Below are positions 1 to 10,372 of a stretch of DNA of 64,000 nucleotides, one piece after another. Under the pieces are notes generated by a model. That model did not search any database, was not told the origin of the DNA, and saw nothing but the letters and a program-made list of their open reading frames with translations. The position numbers were made by a program, and so were the translations under genes. This stretch comes from Ignavibacteria bacterium (lineage in GTDB: Bacteria; Bacteroidota; Ignavibacteria; Kapaibacteriales; Kapaibacteriaceae). Numbering within the stretch: position 1 is the stretch's first letter; every line of letters starts with the position of its first letter. The stretch spans positions 14,433-78,432 of the forward strand of contig CANMBE010000002.1 in assembly GCA_947495975.1 (NCBI GenBank), written 5' to 3'.

Positions 1-378
1 GCGGTTGTGTCCATAGCCAGGGCAGAGGGACTGATGGTCCGTCGTTCGTATCGCGAAGCAGCAGTATTGTTCTCACAGGCGTCAAAATCAGCATCGCAAG
101 GTGAATTGCGAGACCGGGCAGCGCTCAACGCTGCCAAGGCCTATCTAGACCTAGACGATGACACCTCAGCTGAACCTCTTTTACAAAGTATCGTCAATGG
201 CATTCCTGAGACTATATTCGGTGATAGGGCCCTAAGCCTTAAAGCCGATATACAGGTGCGTCGCGGTGATAAAAAAGGGGCACTTCTGACCCTCGATTCA
301 CTCCTCGTTAATTATCCACGTTCTATTCTTGTACCTACAATTCGTGATCGAATCCGCGTACTACGCGGTGATGTGTAA
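1..378 (+). CDS. Tetratricopeptide-repeat protein, C-terminal part (5' end lies outside the window)
   Basis: The frame is open from base 1. Helical TPR-like repeats and a BamD/YfiO-like ending (LLVNYPRSILVPTIRDRIRVL). Confidence 0.7.
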   Translation, partial: AVVSIARAEGLMVRRSYREAAVLFSQASKSASQGELRDRAALNAAKAYLDLDDDTSAEPLLQSIVNGIPETIFGDRALSLKADIQVRRGDKKGALLTLDSLLVNYPRSILVPTIRDRIRVLRGDV

Positions 379-403
379 TTGTAGTACTGTTCGGAGTTTG
401 ACT

Positions 404-2116
404 ATGTCCACACGTACGTTTCGAGAACTTCCCTATCAGCGACCAGATCTATCAGCACTATCAACAGTGTATGCAGATCTTACGAGCCGTTTGAATACAG
501 CAGCGACTGGTTCAGACGCGGTGCGTGTTGTTCGAGAATGGAACACCGCACGCATTCACACAGGAACTATGGGTTCACTTGCTGAAGTGCACTTTACTCA
601 GAATGTTGCTGATGCAGATGCAAAAGCTGAAAAACTCTTTTACGATGAAAATGGTCCTTCGTTTTCGGAGCTCGACGTGACCTTTTCTCGCAGCCTCCTG
701 GCCTCGCCACATCGTGAATTCATTTCTAAGGAATTCGGCGAGCTGTTTCTGACGCGATTACAAAATGCAAGCCTCACTTTTGAGCCATCTATCATGGACA
801 TAATGGTCCGCGAATCGGAGCTATGCCGAGAGTATAATGAACTAACTGCCTCGGCTCAGATTGAAGTTGATGGAGAAGTGTACAATCTTAGCACAATCGG
901 TAAACTCGTCATTGATTTGGACCGTGGGGTGCGCCAGCGGTCAGTGGCAGAGATGTATCAATTTCTTACAATCCACGCCAACCAGCTGGATACAATCTTT
1001 GATGAACTCGTAAAACTTCGTCACGAAAAAGCGTTGCGCCTTGGTTATGCTTCCTATACTGAGTTTCGTTACGTAGAATTTGGACGCGTTGACTATGATG
1101 CATCAGATGTAGAACTATTTCGCGCTCAAGTGCGAGAGCATGTGGTTCCTCTGGTGAGTGTATTGCGGAATGCACAGAAGAAACGCCTTGCACTAGAAAC
1201 GCTAACGATTGCTGATGAGAAGTTGCAGTTTGTGGATGGGAATCCGGTTGCTGCTGGTGATCATGACTGGATTGTAGAGCGAGCCCATCGTATGTATTCC
1301 GAACTCTCTGGTGAGACGAAGGAGTTCTTTCAGCTGATGCTTGACGCGGATCTTCTTGACTTAAAGAGCAGAGACAATAAGGCAACAGGCGGTTATTGTA
1401 CGAGTTTTAGTTCATATGGACTACCGTTCATTTTCGCAAATTTTAATAAGACCACGCACGACATCGAAGTGTTGACTCACGAGGCTGGGCACGCATTTCA
1501 GGCGTATCGTAGCAGATCTCTCGCAGTGCCTGAATATTTCTGGCCCACAGCTGAAGCGTGTGAGATACATTCAATGGGAATGGAATTTCTCACGTGGCCA
1601 TGGATGAATCTCTTTTTTGGTGAGCAGACAGATAAATTCCGGTTTTATCACCTACAAGGCGCTCTCTTGTTTCTTCCATACGGTTGTGCAGTTGATCACT
1701 TCCAACATTGGATTTACGCAAACCCAACCGCAACTCCTGCCGAACGAAACAGCATGTGGTTAGAAATAGAAAAGCTTTATATGCCCTGGCGAAATGGTTC
1801 CAATGTTCCGGCTGTTGCCGAAGGACGAACGTGGCAGTTCCAACGTCATATTTATGAAACGCCATTCTACTACATAGACTATGCTCTTGCGCAAACCTGC
1901 GCTTTGCAATATTGGAAGTGGTCTGAAAATGACCGCGCTGCCGCTTTTGCATCATATGTAAAGATCTGCGATGTAGGTGGCTCTAAACCATTTCTCGGAA
2001 TTGTTGAAGCCGGCGGACTCATCTCTCCGTTCAAGGACGGTTGTCTACAAAGCATTGTGGATTATTCGTACAAATGGCTGAACGATAATTACCCAGAGCA
2101 GCTGGCAACCTTGTAA
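404..2116 (+). CDS. M3 family oligoendopeptidase (PepF-like)
   Basis: HEAGH zinc motif, EACEIHSMGME, GGYCT and FYYIDY motifs. ATG at 404 is preferred over the ORF-track start at 329, which overlaps the upstream gene. Confidence 0.9.
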   Translation: MSTRTFRELPYQRPDLSALSTVYADLTSRLNTAATGSDAVRVVREWNTARIHTGTMGSLAEVHFTQNVADADAKAEKLFYDENGPSFSELDVTFSRSLLASPHREFISKEFGELFLTRLQNASLTFEPSIMDIMVRESELCREYNELTASAQIEVDGEVYNLSTIGKLVIDLDRGVRQRSVAEMYQFLTIHANQLDTIFDELVKLRHEKALRLGYASYTEFRYVEFGRVDYDASDVELFRAQVREHVVPLVSVLRNAQKKRLALETLTIADEKLQFVDGNPVAAGDHDWIVERAHRMYSELSGETKEFFQLMLDADLLDLKSRDNKATGGYCTSFSSYGLPFIFANFNKTTHDIEVLTHEAGHAFQAYRSRSLAVPEYFWPTAEACEIHSMGMEFLTWPWMNLFFGEQTDKFRFYHLQGALLFLPYGCAVDHFQHWIYANPTATPAERNSMWLEIEKLYMPWRNGSNVPAVAEGRTWQFQRHIYETPFYYIDYALAQTCALQYWKWSENDRAAAFASYVKICDVGGSKPFLGIVEAGGLISPFKDGCLQSIVDYSYKWLNDNYPEQLATL

Positions 2117-2287
2117 GCTGTTCTATTACATTGAGTTACGTGATTAATCTCATGCATCGTATCACCTCTGTGGCAGAGCGTACTTATTGAGATGGTAACA
2201 CCCACTACTACCCTCAAGACGCGCTATCGTAGAGCGAATGTTCCGTAGTTTCGTGTGTAGAAGACGATTATTTGTTCCAGTATTTTG

Positions 2288-5200
2288 ATGGCTACGCAAA
2301 TGAAGAATATGACCCCAGTGAGCGTTGTTCTCGCGCTTTTGGTCTTTGTAACTGCGACCACACTTCGTGCGCAGTCTAATCCAACGCCATTTGATCTCAA
2401 TACTGGCACATATTCATTAACAGATTGGTTGTCTACATCACCAGCGGGGACGTATCCTCCAAGCATGGTGTTTCAACAAACCACCAACATTGATGATCCA
2501 TCTGATGCATTGGCTGTAGCCGATTGGAACTGTTCCTATGCATTAACGAGCGGCGCTCGAATCAATGGGCTGGGTACGACAGGAATAGGATTTATAAACA
2601 CCGGTACGCTGAATTGCAATTGTGCATATGTTGGTAGCGCCTTGTTAGCGCTCAACACCACAAATAGAACGCAGATCAACGTATCATTCATTGGTGCAAC
2701 GATTGGCGCAGGTCAGCGCCGATATGGAATGCGACTCCAGTATCGTATCGGATCTGTTGGTTCATGGATGAACGTTGTAAACAATGGAGGTCTGGTTGAG
2801 TTTGTTTCAACAGCCAACGTAACAACTCCTTCGACTACAATTTCTTCGCCCCTTCCAATTGCATGTGAAGGTCAATCGCTTGTACAAGTCCGTTGGGTAT
2901 ACTACTATGTGGCTGGCAGTGGTACGGGTTCTCGTCCGCAAATTCGACTTGATGATATCAGCATCACGTCGAATAGTATTGTTGGAACTGCAACGGATCT
3001 GCGTATTGAGCGCACAAGCCCTATCTCTCCTTCGCAAAACACTGCATTCTCAGTCTTCGTACGGTCAACAGACGCTCTTGGTGCAGCAAAGAATGTAACC
3101 ACGGCAACAACTGTTCAGCTGACACTCAATACAGGAACTGGAACACTCTCTGGTACATTAACAGGCACAATTCCTGCAGGTCAAAGCTCTGTTACTCTGG
3201 CGAATGTCTCCTACAATGTTATTGAGTCTGGCGTTTCTATTCGCGCATCAGTGCTCGCGGGCCAGACGCTTGCACTAACAAATGGTGCGGCATTCTCAAT
3301 TCAAGCACCTGCTACGTATACATCAATAGTAGGCGCTCAACAGGATGCATATGTGAACGTAGCGTTTAATCCAATAACGGTCTCTGTGTTGCGAGCTGAC
3401 AACACAACAGATTTGAATTACTCTTCAGATATCACTGTTAAAAAAATTACGGGTCCAGGTATTGTAACTGGCACCCCAACTGTGGCGGCTCTCAAAGGTG
3501 TGGCAATATTTGATAACGTTATGGTAGATCAACCAGGAACGTATCTACTAGAGATGGTTATTCCTGGCCTACCAACGCAAACGCTGCCATTTACGACAGC
3601 CTTTGCAGCACCAAACATGACAACGGACATCGTGCCACAATACATCCATGCACGTGTTGCTTCAGGTACATGTAACTCTAGTGTTTCTGCGTTTCCGATA
3701 CCAGTTTTTGCTCGCGTCACCTTTACAGGGTTGGCACCAAACACATCATATCGATTTAACACCGGTTTGGCAACGGATAACAACCTGACGTCAACCGGTG
3801 GTGGATTCAACATCAACTATAATCGAAATGACAACTCATTCTTTTATACTGCGGGTAAGTCGTTAACGACAACAGGAGAATATTCGCAATTCTCAACTAC
3901 TGCTGGCGAGACCACGAAGTCAGTGTGGATTAATCTTGTGACCAGCACAAACATCGCGTTCCAAGAAGGCAACATTATCAACTGGCGTGTATCGCTGGGT
4001 GATAACAATGGTCTTCTTATGCGCCGTTTTCAACTTTCTCAGACGTCTCAGGCACTTCGCATGGGTGTTGCAACTACTCAGGCTACAGGCATAGCTGATG
4101 ATCGCTCGCAGCTCACCCCTAAGAACTATGTTCTTTTGTATGACAACGTGGCCGGCACAGGTCGCCCGATAACTGTGGCTGTTATCCAATCGATTGGTAC
4201 GTCTGTTCCAGGTGCAGAATCATTTTACGCTACAAGACAAAATGTATCTACAGCATGGGCCACCTTCGTACCTAACACACTCCCTAACGGTATTCGCCGT
4301 ATTGAAGAACGCGACTACAAGACAAACGCAATTGTCTACGCTAAAACATCGGTAGATGGCATTTGGAACAGTGTTCAGACCAACCCATCCAATCTTGGTG
4401 CTTATCCAAATGGACCTGGTGGCTTTGCGTCTCCAATCATTCTACAGACACCCAATATTACATTAACATCGCCTCAAACAGGTGATACGTTGTGCGCCGG
4501 ACAAACAGCAACAACATCATTTGTTGCAAGAGGCGTTAATACTGTTCGTATTGAGTTCTCATCAAATAACGGCGCGTCGTGGGAAATCATCGGTGACTAT
4601 CCATCATCATTGATATCCGTTTCGTGGACGGTGCCGGCACTTGAATTTGCCGGCCTAGCGCGTATCCGAGTTACTGGTGTTGAGAGAACGGATATATCTG
4701 CAACATCAACACAATTTGCAATTGCCTCTAAGGTAATCGTCGTTGGACAACCTCAGTCTAGGAACATGTGTGTTGGTGAATCATACAGTATGCTCGCTCT
4801 CACAAGTGGAGCAGTAAAATCGTATCAATGGTTCAAGGACGGCATTGAAATAGCAGGATCCAATGGTCCACTGTTCAAAATCTCTGAAGCACAATATGGA
4901 ACATCCGGTTTCTACTACTGCGTGATAAAAGGATTTGGACAATGTGGTAACGCTATTTCAGACACAGCCCACCTTCGTGTAGGCCGTCCAATCCAAATTT
5001 CAAATCAGTCGAGAAACGTTCCTGTGATGCTCGGCACAAAAGCAGTTTTGCTTATTGAAGCTGAAGTGCCAGGAGAATCTGTTTCGTATCAGTGGTTCAA
5101 CGGGCTAGTGGCTATTGTTGACAATACACGAATCACGGGCTCAACGTCAGATCGTCTTGAGATCAGAAACGTAATGGCTAGTGACCTATCAAACGAATAT

Positions 5201-6358
5201 CGGTGTGTTGTGATGGGAGTCTGCGGCATTGCCACGTCTCGCAACATTCGTGTGTTCACCAATGGCGTGTATGTTGAGTTTAGCGGCAACAGCGTTAATG
5301 CATGCGTGGGTAATACAGTTGAAATTCGTGCACAAGCCTACGTTAACCCACCTGTAGCCGAGCTTCTCCTTCGCTGGTGGCGCAATGGCCAACCACTCTT
5401 TGACGGCAGTGACTATGCAGGTACAAACACTTCTACTCTTACAATCAATAACGTGTCAGCTCAAGATGCAGGCGATTACGTTCTACGCGCTGAACTAGCT
5501 GACAACCAGTCCATCAATGCTGAAGGAACCGTTTCGGTTGTGATTGCTAATACACCAGTGATTACGCAACAACCGCAGTCTACTGATGTTTGCTCTGGAA
5601 CATCGCTCACTCTTTCAGTTGGCGCTACGGCTCAGGGTACTCTTACATATTCGTGGTCAAAAGACGGTGTTGTGTTACCGGCTGAGACGTCTTCAACACT
5701 AACAGTGCAAATCGTAACACCAGCTCGCGCCGGTGTGTACTCAGTTCGCGTGGTTACATCGTGCGGAAACGTTCTTTCAAACGATGCTACAATTACTGTG
5801 CGCAATGCTACGGTCATCAGTCAGCAGCCACCAACCGTTATTGATGTGCAAGTGGGCCAGCCCCTTTTAATCACATTGGTAGCCACGGGGTCAGGAACGC
5901 TTCAGTATCAATGGTTTAAGGATGGTGTTGAAATAGCGGGTGAAGTTGCACCAACGTATTCTAAAACAGCAGTCCTTGCTGATTCAGGCCTGTATTGGTG
6001 CCGCGTCCGGTCAGAATGTGGTGATGCGATCTCCGATACAACGTCGGTGCTTACACGTCCTTCAACAACAGGTGTGGATGACCTTGTAGTTGCAGGTGGT
6101 GCACTGATCGGCCGCGTTGTTCCAAACCCTGTATTAGGCGTTTCTTCAATTGACGTTACTCTTCCATCGACGATGCGAATGACAATCTCGCTGATCGATG
6201 TTACCGGTTCACAAGTAATGACAATCATTGATGGTATCAGCCCAGCGGGTGGGCATCACTTTATTATCGACTCCGCAATACTTGCTTCAGGACTCTATCA
6301 CGTAGTGACTATCGTCAATGGTGTGCCGTCCATGCAACCTGTCATTATTGTGAAATGA
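2288..6358 (+). CDS. Large secreted multidomain protein with about 5 Ig-like repeats and a T9SS-type C-terminal sorting domain
   Basis: Signal peptide (..ATTLRA/QS). Ig repeats of the QP..C..YQWFKDG..G.YYC...CG type. C-terminus VPNP...LASGLYHV...IIVK is typical of T9SS CTDs. The start could be 2288, 2300 or 2309. Confidence 0.8.
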   Translation: MATQMKNMTPVSVVLALLVFVTATTLRAQSNPTPFDLNTGTYSLTDWLSTSPAGTYPPSMVFQQTTNIDDPSDALAVADWNCSYALTSGARINGLGTTGIGFINTGTLNCNCAYVGSALLALNTTNRTQINVSFIGATIGAGQRRYGMRLQYRIGSVGSWMNVVNNGGLVEFVSTANVTTPSTTISSPLPIACEGQSLVQVRWVYYYVAGSGTGSRPQIRLDDISITSNSIVGTATDLRIERTSPISPSQNTAFSVFVRSTDALGAAKNVTTATTVQLTLNTGTGTLSGTLTGTIPAGQSSVTLANVSYNVIESGVSIRASVLAGQTLALTNGAAFSIQAPATYTSIVGAQQDAYVNVAFNPITVSVLRADNTTDLNYSSDITVKKITGPGIVTGTPTVAALKGVAIFDNVMVDQPGTYLLEMVIPGLPTQTLPFTTAFAAPNMTTDIVPQYIHARVASGTCNSSVSAFPIPVFARVTFTGLAPNTSYRFNTGLATDNNLTSTGGGFNINYNRNDNSFFYTAGKSLTTTGEYSQFSTTAGETTKSVWINLVTSTNIAFQEGNIINWRVSLGDNNGLLMRRFQLSQTSQALRMGVATTQATGIADDRSQLTPKNYVLLYDNVAGTGRPITVAVIQSIGTSVPGAESFYATRQNVSTAWATFVPNTLPNGIRRIEERDYKTNAIVYAKTSVDGIWNSVQTNPSNLGAYPNGPGGFASPIILQTPNITLTSPQTGDTLCAGQTATTSFVARGVNTVRIEFSSNNGASWEIIGDYPSSLISVSWTVPALEFAGLARIRVTGVERTDISATSTQFAIASKVIVVGQPQSRNMCVGESYSMLALTSGAVKSYQWFKDGIEIAGSNGPLFKISEAQYGTSGFYYCVIKGFGQCGNAISDTAHLRVGRPIQISNQSRNVPVMLGTKAVLLIEAEVPGESVSYQWFNGLVAIVDNTRITGSTSDRLEIRNVMASDLSNEYRCVVMGVCGIATSRNIRVFTNGVYVEFSGNSVNACVGNTVEIRAQAYVNPPVAELLLRWWRNGQPLFDGSDYAGTNTSTLTINNVSAQDAGDYVLRAELADNQSINAEGTVSVVIANTPVITQQPQSTDVCSGTSLTLSVGATAQGTLTYSWSKDGVVLPAETSSTLTVQIVTPARAGVYSVRVVTSCGNVLSNDATITVRNATVISQQPPTVIDVQVGQPLLITLVATGSGTLQYQWFKDGVEIAGEVAPTYSKTAVLADSGLYWCRVRSECGDAISDTTSVLTRPSTTGVDDLVVAGGALIGRVVPNPVLGVSSIDVTLPSTMRMTISLIDVTGSQVMTIIDGISPAGGHHFIIDSAILASGLYHVVTIVNGVPSMQPVIIVK

Positions 6359-6382
6359 TCTTCACAATGAATTGAGAAATTC

Positions 6383-6415
6383 AAAAAGGGGGTATGCTGT
6401 GCATGCCCCCTTTTT
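6383..6415. terminator. Intrinsic terminator, bidirectional-type
   Basis: AAAAA-GGGGGTATGC-TGT-GCATGCCCCC-TTTTT, just after the stop at 6358. Confidence 0.85.
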
Positions 6416-6454
6416 CGTTCGTATCACCGTCAATCGTCAATCGAAGGCCAAATC

Positions 6455-9400
6455 ATGATCCACTGCGCTATAAGAACTGTTGTTGCTTTCCTACTCTTTT
6501 CTGCGTTGCCACTGGCGTTGCTAAGCCAAGAGGTTGTACTGAGCGAATATTATAATATTCAAGATGTAACACTTGAGTGGACAGAGATTGTAGTTGTAAA
6601 GGATGATCTCAATGCAGTTGGTTGGATGATAACTGATGCCAATACTGGTCAAGTTGTTCGCCAAGGTGGGCCGCGGTTCAATGACATCCCATTGTGGCGG
6701 CACCTTCGTGCTGGGACAATCATTGTACTGTGGCACCGCTCGTTACCATTAACTGTTACGCTTGATACGAGCGTCGCCGATGGATATCTGGAAATGTCTG
6801 CAAGAGATGTTCGATTCTTCTCTACAAACTATTTCGCGTCCCCTTCAGACTTATCGGACATGAACATTGCCGATGGTGGAGACGTGATAGAAATATTACG
6901 GGCAGACTCTTCACACGTGCATGCACTCGGGCATATGAAGCCAGCAGGTCCTGCATACGTAGCAATCGGCTCACCGAAGGTCAATTTTGATTCGGGCAAT
7001 GTTGGAGCTGGACGATCAAACCGAGTTACGGGAAGAACTCTTGCCGCCTACGCAGCAGACATCACAAAGGACTCGGCTGTTGGTGGATTTAATGATTCTC
7101 GCGGACTACCAAATAGATTTGATTTAGCACGGACAAATGCAGGTGTCATAAACATTAATCATTGGTTCTGGAGAGATACTCGCCAGCCACAATGGTCAGT
7201 GTCTCCAATAATTACCGTTGTTTCGAGGACGGCACAAAAGCATCTGATTGAATGGACGCCTCTTGTTGACACATATCCGCAAGATTCAACAACGGGTTAT
7301 GTGATCTTGCGAGACACATTGAACTTTGCCTCCTTTCCTGCTAATGGAATTCGTGACGGACAGATGATCACTAAGGGGGCTCGCATTGGCACTGCACTTG
7401 TGCTTGATGTACGACCTAGTGCACTGGGCAATCGCTTCTCTGATTCTGTAAATCTTCTTTGTGGAGGTTCCTATACCTATCGCGTCTACGGCTATCGTTA
7501 TAAGCAAGATGATCTGCTGGCAACAACAGATGATACTACTGCTCGCGGTCGTCAATATACTGAGACACGTTTTGCACAATCAGCCCTTATCACAAAGCCT
7601 AATCCTGCTACGCCCCTTATCCAAGCATCGAGATTAGAGTTTTGTTTTGGCGATACCGTTACACTAACGACGAGCGTGGTTGCGGATCGGTATGATTGGA
7701 CGCTTAATGGTGGACCACTTGCCGTTGGCGGAACCACACGTGTGGTTGTTCGAGAGCCCGGCACATATCGCTTGTTGATCACAGCTGATGGTGGGTGTAC
7801 TGCACTGTCCGATGCAATAACAATTACGACTCTTTCTGCGATCGATGTAGATATTTCTCCGCGTGGTTTGCAAACCATCTGTTCTACAGATAGCGTTGTG
7901 TTCTCCACAAAAACAACAGCTCCTACATATGAGTGGCTACGCGATGGGAATCTCATTCCTGGTGCCACGAACAGAACATATACAGCACGCATCCCCGGAG
8001 ACTATCAAGTGCGCATTGCCAGCTCACAAGGATGCCCAGGAATATCGTCAATAATAAAAGTCCGCACGCCAGTTGTGCGTTTTCGGTTCTCTCCTACTTC
8101 GTTAGACTTTGGAGTATTGGGTCAATGTAAAGCCGACACAACAATGAGCATCGAATTGCTCAATGAGGGTGCAGTACCTATAACATTAACATCATCGAAC
8201 TTTCCTCCAGGATTTGCGCTTGTTTTTCCTGCCCCAGGATTTATTGTAGCCGTTGGTGAACGGCAAGCATTGCGAATACTGTATACACCTGCTACTGCTG
8301 GTGTAACTTCAGGTACTGCAACGTTCACAGCTTTGCCTTGTAATCAAACATCTACGTTTACTGTTCGTGGAGAACGCACGCAGATATCTGCTGCTCTTGA
8401 TCGTGCTCAAGTGAACTATGGCATTTTTAGTGCATGTCCCACGTCAGATATTCGAACAGATTCAACTTTTAGAGTGACGAATGCTGGTACATCAGCAATT
8501 ACCGTTAGAGTTCCTCGCGTTGATCCGCCATTCTATCTTCTCACGTCTTTCCCATCAAATGGACTTATTGTTTTACCAGGCGAGGCGCTCCCTGTGAAGA
8601 TTCAATATCGTCCGCTCGGAGCTGACCTCAATAGAGGTGTCATTCAGCAGATCGCATTTCCATTTACGTCAACCTCGTGTAATGATACGCTGCGCGCTCA
8701 ATTGCAAGCAGCATCGTACGCTCCCCGCTTTACTATTGAGCCTACAACCATTGATGTAGGTATTGTACTTTCATGTGCACGAACACTTGATACAGTTGTT
8801 TCTGTTACGAATACGTCAGCCGTTCCTCTGACCATTACCAACATTATAGGTAGCGGAATCTCGATGATCGGTGCTGTCGTTGTTGTGGCGCCACAATCAA
8901 GCAAGCCTGTTGCAGTGCAAATCACGCCTGCATCCGTAGGTGGAACTTTTACTCTTAGCGGACAAGTCCAGGGTCAACCATGCGGCCTTTCTTCTTTATT
9001 CACCGTTGAAGGTCAGGTTATTGCTCCAACCTATCAACTCGAAAAGAGCATAGTAAACTTTGGACAATCCGTGCTCTGTGGAAACGTTCAGCGTATGACC
9101 GTTCCAGTGTATGTAGTTGCTAAGGGGCTTTCTGGTTTACGTTCGCGTGTGGAAGACTTCACAATCTCTGCTCCTTTCACAACTGACCTTGTTCTGAGAA
9201 CTACACTTACTGACACATTACGATTCAACGTTTCATTTAATCCAGCGACTGTTGGGTTATACAATGGATTTCTCAACATATCACTTGGGCCATGTTTAGA
9301 TGCTGTAACTCTCAATCTATCTGCTGAGGTGCTTAGCGCGGGTAGAAAAACATTTATAACAGGCAACGATTTCGGTACTCTTGCGCCAACACAGACAAGT

Positions 9401-10354
9401 AGTCAGACAGTTCTCATCTACAATACTGGTGGTAGTACAATAGATATTGCTGCCCTTGAGGGAGTTACTCTACCGTTTAGAATTGTGTCATCAACACCAT
9501 TACTTCCAACACAATTAGCACCTCTCGACTCTGTGATAGTCATCGTTGCGTATGATTTTGCAGATTACAATAGACGAGACACCATCAACATTGTGTCTCG
9601 ATCTACAGGTGCTTGTGCTGACACAACACAATTTCAGGCCTATGCTTCTACTGTATCACAAGGAACAATTACAGGCATTGTGGTGACTGCTCCAGCAAAC
9701 GTTGTTGGAATCGCTGGCACAGACGTGGCTATTCCGCTGTCACTGGAGTCTTTACAACCCCTTGACAGTGCAAACATTACACAGGTCACCATTGATGTAT
9801 CGTACAACCCAACGCTCCTAAAGGCATTTGTAATTTTGCAAGGGGCGGGCGGAGCAAAAGGAACGATTTCAGAATCGCAACCAGGTAGGGCCCGCATTCT
9901 CATCACGAGCAACACGCCGATAGTTGCCTCTCAGCCACTTGTAGTTGTTCAAGCGCGCACGTATGTGTCAAATGTCTCTTCAACGCCATTTGCAATTGAC
10001 TCTGTAAAGATTCCTGGGGCATCTGCCACGGGCCGCAACGGGTCAGTTACCGTTGTAGAGAAATGCATCATCTCTGCAGAGTTAAACGCATTGGGTCAAG
10101 CTGTTGCTCTTCATGTAGAACGCGTTGGTTCATCAGGTGTTGAGGTTGAGGTAACTACGCTAACCGATGAAACTACAACGCTTTCAGTCTATGATCTTAA
10201 CGGACAGTGCGTGTTGACACCTATTGCCGCAACTCTTCCTGTTGGTGCATACCAGGTTACATTTGATGTATCTACCCTGTCATCGGGCGCCTACATAATT
10301 GTTCTACGAAATGGTCACCAAGTACAGTCAGAGGTCGTGTATCTTTACAGGTAA
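6455..10354 (+). CDS. Large secreted protein: lamin-tail-like N-domain, Ig repeats, about 5 ASH/choice-of-anchor-D-like repeats, cohesin-like domain, T9SS CTD
   Basis: Signal peptide; VVLSEYY..EWTEIVV start; repeats FSPTSLDFG / LDRAQVNYG / IEPTTIDVG / LEKSIVNFG / GNDFG; cohesin-like VAIPLSL..VSYNPTLL; CTD LSVYDLNG...LSSGAYII. Confidence 0.75.
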   Translation: MIHCAIRTVVAFLLFSALPLALLSQEVVLSEYYNIQDVTLEWTEIVVVKDDLNAVGWMITDANTGQVVRQGGPRFNDIPLWRHLRAGTIIVLWHRSLPLTVTLDTSVADGYLEMSARDVRFFSTNYFASPSDLSDMNIADGGDVIEILRADSSHVHALGHMKPAGPAYVAIGSPKVNFDSGNVGAGRSNRVTGRTLAAYAADITKDSAVGGFNDSRGLPNRFDLARTNAGVININHWFWRDTRQPQWSVSPIITVVSRTAQKHLIEWTPLVDTYPQDSTTGYVILRDTLNFASFPANGIRDGQMITKGARIGTALVLDVRPSALGNRFSDSVNLLCGGSYTYRVYGYRYKQDDLLATTDDTTARGRQYTETRFAQSALITKPNPATPLIQASRLEFCFGDTVTLTTSVVADRYDWTLNGGPLAVGGTTRVVVREPGTYRLLITADGGCTALSDAITITTLSAIDVDISPRGLQTICSTDSVVFSTKTTAPTYEWLRDGNLIPGATNRTYTARIPGDYQVRIASSQGCPGISSIIKVRTPVVRFRFSPTSLDFGVLGQCKADTTMSIELLNEGAVPITLTSSNFPPGFALVFPAPGFIVAVGERQALRILYTPATAGVTSGTATFTALPCNQTSTFTVRGERTQISAALDRAQVNYGIFSACPTSDIRTDSTFRVTNAGTSAITVRVPRVDPPFYLLTSFPSNGLIVLPGEALPVKIQYRPLGADLNRGVIQQIAFPFTSTSCNDTLRAQLQAASYAPRFTIEPTTIDVGIVLSCARTLDTVVSVTNTSAVPLTITNIIGSGISMIGAVVVVAPQSSKPVAVQITPASVGGTFTLSGQVQGQPCGLSSLFTVEGQVIAPTYQLEKSIVNFGQSVLCGNVQRMTVPVYVVAKGLSGLRSRVEDFTISAPFTTDLVLRTTLTDTLRFNVSFNPATVGLYNGFLNISLGPCLDAVTLNLSAEVLSAGRKTFITGNDFGTLAPTQTSSQTVLIYNTGGSTIDIAALEGVTLPFRIVSSTPLLPTQLAPLDSVIVIVAYDFADYNRRDTINIVSRSTGACADTTQFQAYASTVSQGTITGIVVTAPANVVGIAGTDVAIPLSLESLQPLDSANITQVTIDVSYNPTLLKAFVILQGAGGAKGTISESQPGRARILITSNTPIVASQPLVVVQARTYVSNVSSTPFAIDSVKIPGASATGRNGSVTVVEKCIISAELNALGQAVALHVERVGSSGVEVEVTTLTDETTTLSVYDLNGQCVLTPIAATLPVGAYQVTFDVSTLSSGAYIIVLRNGHQVQSEVVYLYR

Positions 10355-10372
10355 TTGTAAACGAGACCTTTT

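Noticed and set aside
329-403. Longer ORF-track N-termini (also at 11341, 15402, 16843, 18844, 31763, 37564, 45077, 48783, 59781)
   Set aside because: The extensions overlap neighbouring genes or promoter/SD elements. Downstream starts fit coupling, signal peptides or motif positions better.
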